Source of the DNA: a virus
Taxonomy: Duplodnaviria > Caudoviricetes
Length of the DNA: 53,093 bases
Virus record (IMG/VR): IMGVR_UViG_3300043220_000093
Coordinates: 1-53,093 of that record
Direction: 5' to 3' (one strand)
Shown: in pieces, positions 1 through 8,771 of the stretch
Layout of the letters: each line of letters begins with the position of its first letter
How positions within the stretch are numbered: position 1 is the first letter of the stretch
Made by a program: the position numbers and the translations under genes
Notes under the pieces: model-generated
What the model saw: the letters and a program-made list of their open reading frames with translations, nothing else
Database searches by the model: none
What the model was told of the DNA's origin: nothing

Positions 1-452
1 TTCATTGACTTCATGCGGTCCGCTTCCCGGTCCTCAATATCACGGATTGGAACAACATTAAAATCAAGTGCTGATATTCTATTCATCCTGGATGATACAA
101 TTCCAAACACAGGGGAACTAGTTTTGAATATCTCATTTCTTTGATAAACTGATAACTTAAAGAAAGGATATTCTGTTCTGCTTGATATATATTTCCCATC
201 TTTTGACCGGCCGGCAATACCCTGTGTCTGTGTAGGGAGGTATATTTGAACACCCCTGGGTTGCTGCTTACCTGGGTCCATAGGATTTATAAAGTGTTCA
301 TCTGAATATGCTGTGTTGATTTCAACTTCTCTCCTGTAGGCATCAACACTTTTCTTGGCTTCGCTGGTTACTGCTGTTCGGAATTCGGTAGACTTGGTAT
401 CTACTGCTGGAGGTAATTTCTTTTTCGACTTGAGTAAATCAAATATTCCCAT
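1..452 (-). CDS. Portal protein, N-terminal part (continues across the window junction into 53093)
   Basis: Not in the ORF track. Manual translation from ATG at 452 gives MGIFDLLKSKK...PVFGIVSSRMNRISALDFNVVPIRDIEDREADRMKSM with no stop; the portal-like N-terminal helix motif is present and the frame joins the 51932..53093 ORF. Confidence 0.85.
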   Translation of the reverse strand, partial: MGIFDLLKSKKKLPPAVDTKSTEFRTAVTSEAKKSVDAYRREVEINTAYSDEHFINPMDPGKQQPRGVQIYLPTQTQGIAGRSKDGKYISSRTEYPFFKLSVYQRNEIFKTSSPVFGIVSSRMNRISALDFNVVPIRDIEDREADRMKSM

Positions 453-514
453 ATCATCACCTTGATTTTATTTACACATAATATATTAAACTATTTAATT
501 ATTACAAGTATTTT

Positions 515-703
515 TTATCTTTGGTGTTTCCACTTTAATTTTCTTCGCCTTGCTTCCCTGCATAAAGATATAAAGTTAATGTCCTTCTCCTTAACATCCA
601 ACTTACGCAATGCATTTCCTAAGTGAACATCTGTCATATCCTCCAGCGGGATCTCTTCACCGCTGGCTGTAACCCAAACCTCTATATAATTAACTTTTCT
701 CAC
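515..703 (-). CDS. Hypothetical phage protein (62 aa)
   Basis: Abuts the DnaJ gene; WVTASGEEIPLEDMTDVHLGNAL motif resembles small phage proteins. Confidence 0.6.
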   Translation of the reverse strand: MRKVNYIEVWVTASGEEIPLEDMTDVHLGNALRKLDVKEKDINFISLCREARRRKLKWKHQR

Positions 704-1342
704 TTAAAGACCTCCGGTAGGTTCGGTCCCGAGACCAAACCTACCACCAAACATATTATTGATATTTACCTGAACAGGAACCTCGTTGATTCTATATTTA
801 TATTCTTTCAAAATATTTAATGCTTCCTTAATCACTTTTATATCTTCGTCTATCCTGGAAACCTCATTACTATTATCCCTGATATTTGATTCTATCATTT
901 CATCAAACAACAAACCATCACCAATTATATTCCTTTTTACATCATTCATTTTACAAATGAATGATTCAATTTTATTTATTTTATCATTAGCTTTCTCAAG
1001 CTCTTTGCTAATAGAATTTTCCATGATAAGAAAAACATTATGTGTATCAGGATTGAAAGCAGGGTCACCAATAACTCCAAAGAACATACTTGCCAAATTA
1101 CTCATTGCCATTGTATGGATATCAAATTCTATCTCAGAGTATTCCCCAGTATCATCATACTTCTTTCTTTTTTCTTCATCACTTAAAATTGTATGTGCCA
1201 GGTTGATATCAATAAACTCCGGAGAGTGTTTACCATTATTCTTATCAGGATGATAGACCGTTGCAAGAATATAATAAGCTTTCTTAATCTGCTCTGATGT
1301 TGCGTTTCTTTCTACTTCCAATATTTTATATAAATCTTTCAT
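704..1342 (-). CDS. J-domain (DnaJ-like) co-chaperone
   Basis: DLYKILEV..A...IKKAY...YHPDKN...INLAHTILSDEEKRKKYD with intact HPD motif; C-terminal coiled coil. Confidence 0.92.
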   Translation of the reverse strand: MKDLYKILEVERNATSEQIKKAYYILATVYHPDKNNGKHSPEFIDINLAHTILSDEEKRKKYDDTGEYSEIEFDIHTMAMSNLASMFFGVIGDPAFNPDTHNVFLIMENSISKELEKANDKINKIESFICKMNDVKRNIIGDGLLFDEMIESNIRDNSNEVSRIDEDIKVIKEALNILKEYKYRINEVPVQVNINNMFGGRFGLGTEPTGGL

Positions 1343-1352
1343 TGATTATCCT

Positions 1353-1574
1353 TTATTTAGTTGTCAGCAAAACTTTATCTTTTTTAATTAAAACAATTTG
1401 TATTTCATCAAGCCACACCCATTCTTTTGGGTTTCCATTACTGTCTAATTCTAAGTTTTGCACCATGTAGTTTTTACACCCTGTTAAGTGTTCAGTTCTT
1501 GTCCTGATTATACCTGTGAATCCTGTAATTTTATCTTGTACCGTTGAACCCAAACTAAATTTAAAACCTTCCAT
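1353..1574 (-). CDS. Small SH3-like/KOW-like hypothetical protein
   Basis: FKFSLGSTVQDKITGFTG...WLDE pattern; SD GAGGG upstream. Confidence 0.6.
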   Translation of the reverse strand: MEGFKFSLGSTVQDKITGFTGIIRTRTEHLTGCKNYMVQNLELDSNGNPKEWVWLDEIQIVLIKKDKVLLTTK

Positions 1575-1595
1575 ATTGTTACCCTCGTTTAATAA

Positions 1596-1982
1596 TTATT
1601 TCCTCCACCTGGTAAACCCAAACAACCTGACAGCTGTATACATCATCCGGGCCTTCCACCAGTGACATCTCCTATGCTTCATGATTGCATAAAATATCTT
1701 ATCAGCCTTCCCCCGGTCGATACTCTTTAAATTTTCAACACCTTCTGACTTGTCGGAATATAAATAATCATGAACAATTGCAGCCTCACTATGGCCGGCA
1801 CCCCATGCTGGAAGCTCACCACGATACACCAAGGGGATGCTGGCACCGTCTGACACAAAACCCTTGGGAACCGTTATTACCATTCCGTCTGCACATACAG
1901 TAAATGGTTTCAAAAGTATGAAATGCTCATCTTTTGTATCGTGCGGTTCAAGTGCTGGTTTTATTGGTATTACTATTTTCAT
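1596..1982 (-). CDS. DUF1353 family protein
   Basis: VPKGFVSDGASIP...AAIVHDYLY...ADKIF...MYTAVRLFG signature. Confidence 0.88.
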   Translation of the reverse strand: MKIVIPIKPALEPHDTKDEHFILLKPFTVCADGMVITVPKGFVSDGASIPLVYRGELPAWGAGHSEAAIVHDYLYSDKSEGVENLKSIDRGKADKIFYAIMKHRRCHWWKARMMYTAVRLFGFTRWRK

Positions 1983-2344
1983 CTTATTCTCCGAACCTTT
2001 TTATAATTATAATGAAAGCTGATATAAGGAACCTTAATAACATCACCAGACTCATCAACAAAAATATAAGTAATATCATATCGAATATCATTAACCTGGT
2101 GGGAGTCATATATTATATTTGTGACTGTTACAACACCACCGGTCTTAAGGTTCTTAAACTTCTGGTTTAAATCTTCCTGTCGTCTCATATTGATGTACTG
2201 ATTCTTGACATCCTTAACAGATACAGAAGAACAGTTCGTCAACGCAAGCATAGTCATAAACATAAGAAGAAAACAAAAAAGGGAAATTAGTAAGGCTAAC
2301 CCTAAAATTAAAACAAACGACTCATTTTTCATATCTTTATCCAT
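1979..2344 (-). CDS. Putative membrane protein or lipoprotein
   Basis: Long hydrophobic N-terminus ending in LALTNC (lipobox-like). Confidence 0.55.
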   Translation of the reverse strand: MDKDMKNESFVLILGLALLISLFCFLLMFMTMLALTNCSSVSVKDVKNQYINMRRQEDLNQKFKNLKTGGVVTVTNIIYDSHQVNDIRYDITYIFVDESGDVIKVPYISFHYNYKKVRRIR

Positions 2345-2356
2345 ACTATCCTCCAG

Positions 2357-2587
2357 TTAAAATTTTACACCGTAATGAATAGAAACACCACCCGGCTTAA
2401 CATCTTCGATTACTCTCATAGTGTTTTGTATTCTCTGCCGTATAATAGTTTGATGATACTGGGGCCTATCAAATATTATACAGACTTGGGACGTTTGAGT
2501 TATGGCACACATAACATACCCCCAACCTCTTAAATTCTCTTCGATGATAACTTTTAATTCCTGCTCTGTCATATCTTGTTTTTTCAC
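2357..2587 (-). CDS. Hypothetical protein
   Basis: ORF packed in operon. Confidence 0.5.
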   Translation of the reverse strand: MKKQDMTEQELKVIIEENLRGWGYVMCAITQTSQVCIIFDRPQYHQTIIRQRIQNTMRVIEDVKPGGVSIHYGVKF

Positions 2588-2591
2588 CTTA

Positions 2592-2957
2592 TTACACCGC
2601 CTTTTTTAATCCTTTCTTGTATCCACAATCAGAAGAATATAATCCGATAAAATAACCCTTCTCGTAAAATGGAAACCTACTACATAAACCTGGTCTTATA
2701 CTATGAACAATACACCTGTTTGTTATATCATCATGCATTTTACACATATAATAAAATCTACTCTTCTGGTCTTCCCACGTTTTCAGATAAGGATTAATAC
2801 TTAAAGCATACTCTTCGGATATTGGGATAAAGTTTCTACTTGCAAAACACATATCACAGCCACATTTATAATCATGCTTTCCGGCTTTAATATATTCGAT
2901 ATCCACTGGCAATATTAAAGCCTTACAGCACGCTCCGCATTTATTACAATTCAACAA
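2592..2957 (-). CDS. YkgJ/CxxCxxCC zinc- or iron-chelating protein
   Basis: CNKCGACC...C...CIVHSIRPGLCSRFPF signature. Confidence 0.85.
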   Translation of the reverse strand: MLNCNKCGACCKALILPVDIEYIKAGKHDYKCGCDMCFASRNFIPISEEYALSINPYLKTWEDQKSRFYYMCKMHDDITNRCIVHSIRPGLCSRFPFYEKGYFIGLYSSDCGYKKGLKKAV

Positions 2958-4529
2958 TCATCCTCCAGTCATTGAAATAAATCTCTTAGCCAATATCATG
3001 AAAGCCATTGAGAACATATAGTGATCCGCTTTGCTTCCCTCATCCCACTCATAAATATCTTTCTTCTCATTGTACAGCCTGGTGGCCGCAGTCATTTGTT
3101 TATAGAAGTCCGGTATTGCTTTTGCATTTTGAGGCAATATGATTGAATGAGTCAATATATTTTCTTTAACAGCGTCGAGCATCCCTGTCCTAAATGCAGA
3201 TATAATTTTCTCTTCAACATTTATCTTGTCGGTCTTCTCACCATGCCGGAACCACCGGAAACCACCCTTGAATGAACGACAGAATTTCTTTGACAATCGT
3301 GTCTCCGGAAGACCATCAATTACACCAGCAACCACACGATATCTTTTTCTGAGTTCCGTCAAATCTTCAAGCTCAAATACCGTACCGATATATACAATCT
3401 TAATAATACCAGTATCCTGTATCTCTCCAATAATAACATTTAATACTTTACCAACATCAACACCCATAATGCATCTATTGGTTTTCAAATAATCTGGCAT
3501 GATATAATCACTGCAACAATCATCAAGCATATAATCATATATCTTGGCGCCTTTTGCTTGATAAGGTAAACCAAGATCTCCATTATGAAACCGCTGCATT
3601 ACAACATCGTCAGTCATTCCCCGGGCATGCCTATTAACAAGCTCCTTAACAGTTGTATATGTAGAAAACATCTTGCTTACTCTATACCCAGATATATCTG
3701 ATTTCTTTTTATTAACCCATCGCCCGGAAGAATACCGATCATACTTCTTCCCGCACTTTGGGTTTGGGCATAATGGATAAATATCTCTCTTTGAATTTTC
3801 AGTATAATCTTTATCTTTTATAACATACAGCTGATCATCAATCTCTCTAACTACATCCTCAAAATAATCAGGGATAAACCAATGACCGCAAGCATCATGC
3901 TTAAGATGCCAGTGCTTGTCATCTGACTCATCAATCCTTAAATCTATCCCCCGGCCGGTAATTGATGGATTAGCAACATACACTGTTGTCTTATCTTTGG
4001 AGGCTGATTGACGTTCTTCAGCCATTTCGATATTCTCTTGATTACAATTATCATATTCATCAATAATGATATCATCAGCAGGAAAAGATATGAAAGCGTT
4101 GGCAGTATTGGAGCCGACAAAGGCAATGGTCCCGGACCCGTATTGCTTCAATGACATCGACTCTGCAAACTTATTCTCAGCTGCCCCCATTATTGACCGA
4201 TAATAAAGAGAATAAGAAGTTGTCCTGTCTATACGCTCCTTAACGAACTGATTCTTTATTTCATAGGTTGGTAGTACATACAGGATAGATTTGCCGTTCT
4301 CGGCTCTTACAAACGTTCTGATAACAAGGTATTCACTTATCCCGGTCTGGGTGGATTTCATGATATAAAGGTGTCTTGCTTTATCTTTGTAGATATCTTC
4401 GAGGAACGAGCCAGGTGGTATTTCAATTCTTTGGTTCTTGTGTGTCTTATGGATGGTGATTGCTTTGAAGAAGTAAGGATATAAAAAGCCCATCTTTGAT
4501 AGTTCTAATATAGAGGATTTCTGAATCAT
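2958..4529 (-). CDS. terL: Terminase large subunit (GpA-type)
   Basis: KSTQTGISE Walker A-like, IIIDEYD Walker B, Zn-ribbon, nuclease MGVDVG and terminal DH; follows the small subunit. Confidence 0.92.
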   Translation of the reverse strand: MIQKSSILELSKMGFLYPYFFKAITIHKTHKNQRIEIPPGSFLEDIYKDKARHLYIMKSTQTGISEYLVIRTFVRAENGKSILYVLPTYEIKNQFVKERIDRTTSYSLYYRSIMGAAENKFAESMSLKQYGSGTIAFVGSNTANAFISFPADDIIIDEYDNCNQENIEMAEERQSASKDKTTVYVANPSITGRGIDLRIDESDDKHWHLKHDACGHWFIPDYFEDVVREIDDQLYVIKDKDYTENSKRDIYPLCPNPKCGKKYDRYSSGRWVNKKKSDISGYRVSKMFSTYTTVKELVNRHARGMTDDVVMQRFHNGDLGLPYQAKGAKIYDYMLDDCCSDYIMPDYLKTNRCIMGVDVGKVLNVIIGEIQDTGIIKIVYIGTVFELEDLTELRKRYRVVAGVIDGLPETRLSKKFCRSFKGGFRWFRHGEKTDKINVEEKIISAFRTGMLDAVKENILTHSIILPQNAKAIPDFYKQMTAATRLYNEKKDIYEWDEGSKADHYMFSMAFMILAKRFISMTGG

Positions 4530-4870
4530 AGAACCCTGTTTTCTGCATGTGTAACATATTCTAAATTACTTAGTTCTGGATTTTGTCTATCATGATCTTT
4601 ATGATGTGCAACATATCCTTTTTGTCTTTTTCCCAGAAACGCGTCAGCTACTAAAGTGTGGACCCTCTTGTTTTTTCTTTTTCCATTTTTATATAAATTT
4701 ATAAATGGGTACAATCCACCACGCTTCGATTTTTGATGTTTTAATATTATTCCTGTTCCCAAGCTCCTTACACGTCCTTTTGTACTTACGATATAATTAT
4801 CGTACCCATCTATACTCTTCCATTTTTCTTTTGTAATTTCTCTCCGCAATTTGAACATTTTTCCCATCAA
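4526..4870 (-). CDS. NUMOD4-HNH homing endonuclease
   Basis: EKWKSIDGYDNYIVSTKGRVRS (NUMOD4) plus VHTLVADAF...HHKDHDRQNPELSNLEY..HAEN (HNH). Confidence 0.9.
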   Translation of the reverse strand: MMGKMFKLRREITKEKWKSIDGYDNYIVSTKGRVRSLGTGIILKHQKSKRGGLYPFINLYKNGKRKNKRVHTLVADAFLGKRQKGYVAHHKDHDRQNPELSNLEYVTHAENRVL

Positions 4871-5406
4871 TGAACTCCATCAAGTCCGGCTTGCTTCAAC
4901 GCATGGTCCAGGTCCTCATCAGATATAACCTCGAAAGCTTTGGTTATCTGCTCTCTTAATACCGGGGAACTAACTGCATGATGTATTTTAAAATCAAGCG
5001 GTATTCCATAGCTCCTGTATTTGATTTCCTGTATTCTCTTTAACGCTACTGATAGAGCAGCCAAGCCCTGGGGAGAGAGAGTAGGATTTATAATAGTCTC
5101 CTCATTTCCTGTGTCTGCATTCTTCCTGGTAATCAATATCTTTTTTACAACAGCCGTCTCAAGAAGGTCAGTATTCTTTCTCTCTTTATCCTTCATCTTC
5201 TGTATTGCAATTGCATCACTGTTAGCACTTTTCTGAACTATTCTTTTATCTGCTTCCTGTTTTATTTCTTTTCGCCGCTTATTCCAATCTTTTTTAGATA
5301 TCCTACCGTATAGAGTATTAAAATTGACTTTATATTTCTCGGCAAGCTCTCTTGGCTCTGCTCCTGCAAAATAGTCTTTTCTTATATCATCCCAGGGTAT
5401 TTCCAT
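4867..5406 (-). CDS. terS: Terminase small subunit
   Basis: N-terminal HTH (WDDIRKDY...ELAEKYKV..NTL...W) and position upstream of terL. Confidence 0.75.
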   Translation of the reverse strand: MEIPWDDIRKDYFAGAEPRELAEKYKVNFNTLYGRISKKDWNKRRKEIKQEADKRIVQKSANSDAIAIQKMKDKERKNTDLLETAVVKKILITRKNADTGNEETIINPTLSPQGLAALSVALKRIQEIKYRSYGIPLDFKIHHAVSSPVLREQITKAFEVISDEDLDHALKQAGLDGVH

Positions 5407-6740
5407 TATTTACTCCATATATCTTTTAAAGGTGTTTTTTTATTGTTTCTAATACGGAAGCAGTTGTCTGTTGTTCCTGTGTAATCTATGTATCTTTGTA
5501 CTATGACATCGCAGCAATATTCATCAAGTTCAAGACCATAACAAATACGGTTTGTTTTTTCACAGGCTATAAGAGTTGAACCGGAACCGAGGAAAAAGTC
5601 GGTTACTAAACATTCTTTTTTACAGCTATTTAGCAAAGCCTTTGTAATCAATTCAACAGGTTTTTGGGTTGGGTGTAATGTTAATCCTTCAGAACCACCC
5701 TCAAACCATTTATTACCGTTATCATCTTCACTTCCAGCAGATTGAATAGACCTAACCTTCCAGACATTGGTTTGTGTTTTATCTCCAAACCACTCAGGAC
5801 TTCCTTTCGTAACAAACAATATAGGTTCATATTGCCATTTGTATTTTGCCATTGAATACGTTGGTATGTCTTTAACCCAGATAATTTTATTATTTATACT
5901 CCAATTCTTATAATTTTCCAACACGACATCAAATTCCATTACTAATAAAGCATGACATATATATATGTATGATTCTGTTTTTGTATATAAATCTATATTA
6001 TCATATATTTTTTTCAAGAAATTAATGAAGTCATTGATGTTATCATTTTTTACTTTTGTTTTAAAGCTTCTGCTTTCATAATTAACATTGTATGGCGGGT
6101 CAGTAAAAACCATATCCGCCTTTTTCCCATCCATCAGATTTCCAACCTGCTCCCCGTCAGTACTATCACCGCACATTACCCGATGCCCGTTCAACAAATA
6201 AACATCACCCGATTCAGTCTGTGGCTCCTCTGGTATCTCTGGAACTTCATTATCTTTATCGTCAGGCTCAATACCAGCATCAAGAACCTCACTTATATAA
6301 TCGACATCAAGCCCAGTACTATCTGATATTTCATCGAGATCATAATCTATTTCCTGAAATTCATAAATTATATCCCGGAGCAACTCTTCATCAAAATCAC
6401 CCTTCAAGTCTTCAGAATTTAACTTAACACTTAAGCCCCTTTCTTCAAGCTCATCCTCTACGAAAATAAACCGGACATCATCTGAATGAATCCAGTCTTG
6501 ATTTAAATCCAACAGAGCGCTGGTTCTTTGGTGCCCGGCAATCAATCTATTATTTAATTTATTTATAATGATAGGCTCAACCAAACGGAGACCGTCTGAC
6601 TCTTCCCAGTCTATCATATTTTTAGTATGATTTTTTATAGAATCTTTCAATCTTTGGAAGTTTTCAGGAGTTATTATTCTTGGATTGTAGTGTGCTTTTT
6701 CGAAATTTTCAAGAGGAACTTTATAGTTATTTTCTGTCAT
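5406..6740 (-). CDS. ParB-like N-terminal domain fused to an N6-adenine/N4-cytosine DNA methyltransferase (beta class)
   Basis: YNPR...IAGHQR (ParB/Srx), TDPPYN, HPTQKPVEL, DFFLGSGST. Confidence 0.93.
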   Translation of the reverse strand: MTENNYKVPLENFEKAHYNPRIITPENFQRLKDSIKNHTKNMIDWEESDGLRLVEPIIINKLNNRLIAGHQRTSALLDLNQDWIHSDDVRFIFVEDELEERGLSVKLNSEDLKGDFDEELLRDIIYEFQEIDYDLDEISDSTGLDVDYISEVLDAGIEPDDKDNEVPEIPEEPQTESGDVYLLNGHRVMCGDSTDGEQVGNLMDGKKADMVFTDPPYNVNYESRSFKTKVKNDNINDFINFLKKIYDNIDLYTKTESYIYICHALLVMEFDVVLENYKNWSINNKIIWVKDIPTYSMAKYKWQYEPILFVTKGSPEWFGDKTQTNVWKVRSIQSAGSEDDNGNKWFEGGSEGLTLHPTQKPVELITKALLNSCKKECLVTDFFLGSGSTLIACEKTNRICYGLELDEYCCDVIVQRYIDYTGTTDNCFRIRNNKKTPLKDIWSK

Positions 6741-6741
6741 A

Positions 6742-6900
6742 TCACCGGACCACCTTTACATAAAGGTTTGATGCATGTTTAGGATAACAAGGGACAGGTC
6801 GTGGGTATCTATTATTACAGCGAAGTGAACAAAAAGGGATTTCTTTTCCACCGATGAATACTTTCTTTACTATTGGAGACCCACAAGCTATACAATTCAT
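6742..6900 (-). CDS. Small zinc-finger protein (52 aa, TRASH/YacG-like)
   Basis: Below the ORF-track cutoff; manual translation MNCIACGSPIVKKVFIGGKEIPFCSLRCNNRYPRPVPC...; stop lies 1 nt before the MTase ATG. Confidence 0.7.
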   Translation of the reverse strand: MNCIACGSPIVKKVFIGGKEIPFCSLRCNNRYPRPVPCYPKHASNLYVKVVR

Positions 6901-6906
6901 GATTAG

Positions 6907-6935
6907 AAATTACCTGTATTTTTAGAAGTTGTCAA
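6907..6935 (-). promoter_or_regulatory. Sigma70-like promoter for the MTase-terminase operon
   Basis: TTGACA-17 nt-TAATTT on the minus strand. Confidence 0.55.
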
Positions 6936-6994
6936 GAATAAATTATTTATATATAACATCTTTTATTAGTCTGTGTTAACTTTTAGATATAAAA

Positions 6995-7531
6995 TTATTT
7001 TGTCTGTAACTCTCCCTTATGTTTTTCATCATTTTTTACTGTTTTCTTAAACATGCTATTTGCAGCCGTATGAAAAATGACAATGCCTTCGGGATTCATA
7101 AACCCAGGAGAAGCCTTACTCCCAAAATTTTTAAGTGTTTCTATTGAATATTCAGCTTCAATAGTTGAAAAAATACCTTCATAAATAATAGGTACAACAT
7201 GACAACATGCCGGACGTTCTATCCCCCACCTGGAAGTATTAAAAAGAGAGAATCTTTTTTCCGTTAAGTCATAACGCCTTTGAATACCTTGACCCCACCA
7301 TTCACCAAAATGTTGTCCCGGTCCAAGCTTTAACAACTCTTCTTTATTTTCATAAGCCCATCTTGCAAATCCAAAGTTATCATCTTTAGGAGTAATCCAT
7401 CTTTTTCTACTACCAATAAAAAACTCTCCATCTTCTCCAATAAGAATTTGAGAGTTTGTACCGTCAATCTTTTCAGTAATAACACAATCTCTTGAAAGTC
7501 TTGATATTTTTGGGAATCCTTGAAAGTCCAT
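6995..7531 (-). CDS. Rnl2-like RNA ligase (adenylation domain only)
   Basis: ITEKIDGTN (motif I), FGEW.G, FSLFN, EGIVI, FKK; likely start MDFQGFPK after SD AAGGAG. Confidence 0.85.
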   Translation of the reverse strand: MDFQGFPKISRLSRDCVITEKIDGTNSQILIGEDGEFFIGSRKRWITPKDDNFGFARWAYENKEELLKLGPGQHFGEWWGQGIQRRYDLTEKRFSLFNTSRWGIERPACCHVVPIIYEGIFSTIEAEYSIETLKNFGSKASPGFMNPEGIVIFHTAANSMFKKTVKNDEKHKGELQTK

Positions 7532-7560
7532 ATTTATCTCCTTCTCTTCATTTTTTAACA

Positions 7561-7815
7561 TCAAACATTCTCCTTATACCTGGACACATTAAATAAAAAT
7601 CGTAGAGCCGTTGCAGCAACATGAGTTCCTTCAGTAATTACATCAAGAAAATCACCGCCGTTATCAGTATAATCAAGTGATGCTTGTGATAACTCTCCAA
7701 GCTCCTCCATAATAACTGCAATCGCTTTAAAAATGTTTTCTGCAAATACAGGATGTAATAATTCAGCGCGATTGATCTCAGAGTAAACCATTTCTATAAT
7801 TCTTGATTTCTCCAT
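7561..7815 (-). CDS. MazG-like NTP pyrophosphohydrolase domain protein
   Basis: IMEELGELSQA...EGTHVAATALR all-alpha EExxE pattern. Confidence 0.6.
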   Translation of the reverse strand: MEKSRIIEMVYSEINRAELLHPVFAENIFKAIAVIMEELGELSQASLDYTDNGGDFLDVITEGTHVAATALRFLFNVSRYKENV

Positions 7816-8015
7816 TATAGAGACTCAACTGCTTTTTCTATTATGGTTGATTTTTGACAGAAATGAATATGATCGCAGGGATGACCAGCGCCAAAATACT
7901 CTCGACACTTATTTGATTCATATTCAGTATTACATGTTTTTTTATCACTCCAGTATGTTAAACAAGTCAGATGAAGCAGATTCTTTAAAGCATCTTTTAA
8001 AAATCTATCGTTCAT
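7815..8015 (-). CDS. Cys-rich hypothetical protein
   Basis: Translationally coupled ORF with several Cys/His. Confidence 0.5.
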   Translation of the reverse strand: MNDRFLKDALKNLLHLTCLTYWSDKKTCNTEYESNKCREYFGAGHPCDHIHFCQKSTIIEKAVESL

Positions 8016-8054
8016 TCCACACCTTCCATTATTTATATTTTTTTACTCATTACT

Positions 8055-8252
8055 TCAAACATGATTATCCTCAATATCTTTTACCAACATATCAAGACAC
8101 CCACTGGTCGTAAATTTATTTCTAACTAACTCTTTAAACTCATCCCACATTGCAGAAACTTTTTCAAGCTCCCGGATGTAATCTTCATGACAATCAACGC
8201 CATGTTCTTCATAACTTAATTTTGCTTCTTGAAGTTTTGTTAATTTTTCCAT
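8055..8252 (-). CDS. Hypothetical protein
   Basis: ORF in operon. Confidence 0.5.
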   Translation of the reverse strand: MEKLTKLQEAKLSYEEHGVDCHEDYIRELEKVSAMWDEFKELVRNKFTTSGCLDMLVKDIEDNHV

Positions 8253-8287
8253 TATTTATAATTCCATTTCCCCGCCATATTATAAAT

Positions 8288-8701
8288 CTAAATATATCCA
8301 TCTTCCTTGAAAGAAATAAAATCACCATCTTGTGTTATAATTATATGATCCATCAACCCAATCCCTATAATCTTACCGGCTTCAACTAACCTATTTGTCG
8401 TTTTAATATCATCTTTGCTTGGTGTGATTTCTCCCGAAGGATGGTTATGTATAATCATAACAGAACTAACACCACCAATAATTGCACGTCTGAATGTTTC
8501 CCTTGGATGTACTATTGATTCTGTGGCTGTACCGAGTGATATTAAATCAATATATTTTATAACATTCTTAGTGTTTAACCCGATTGTCCAGAAGTGCTCT
8601 TTATCCCGTTCAATTTCATCTTCGCAATTCAGGATTGCAACCATTATATTTTTTACATCCTCAGGTGAAGAAATTTTCTTTTTCTTTTTTGATACTACCA
8701 T
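8288..8701 (-). CDS. radC: RadC-like JAB-domain protein
   Basis: KEHFW.IGLN...VHPRETFRRAI...IIHNHPSG...PSKDD...LMDHIII; likely start MVVSKK at 8701 because the TTG at 8743 lies inside the promoter. Confidence 0.92.
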   Translation of the reverse strand: MVVSKKKKKISSPEDVKNIMVAILNCEDEIERDKEHFWTIGLNTKNVIKYIDLISLGTATESIVHPRETFRRAIIGGVSSVMIIHNHPSGEITPSKDDIKTTNRLVEAGKIIGIGLMDHIIITQDGDFISFKEDGYI

Positions 8702-8734
8702 ACGAACCCCCGTTTTGAATTCTAATCTATATAC

Positions 8735-8771
8735 ACTATACAAAAGGAAAACTATTTGTCAACAATTATTC
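8735..8771 (-). promoter_or_regulatory. Strong sigma70-like promoter (copy 2 of a repeated element)
   Basis: GAATAATTG-TTGACA-AATAGTTTTCCTTTTG-TATAGT, near-identical to 24328-24365. Confidence 0.8.

Noticed and set aside
5406-6740. ParB as evidence of a plasmid-prophage partition system
   Set aside because: It is the common ParB-N/MTase fusion beside terminase; no ParA or parS array is visible
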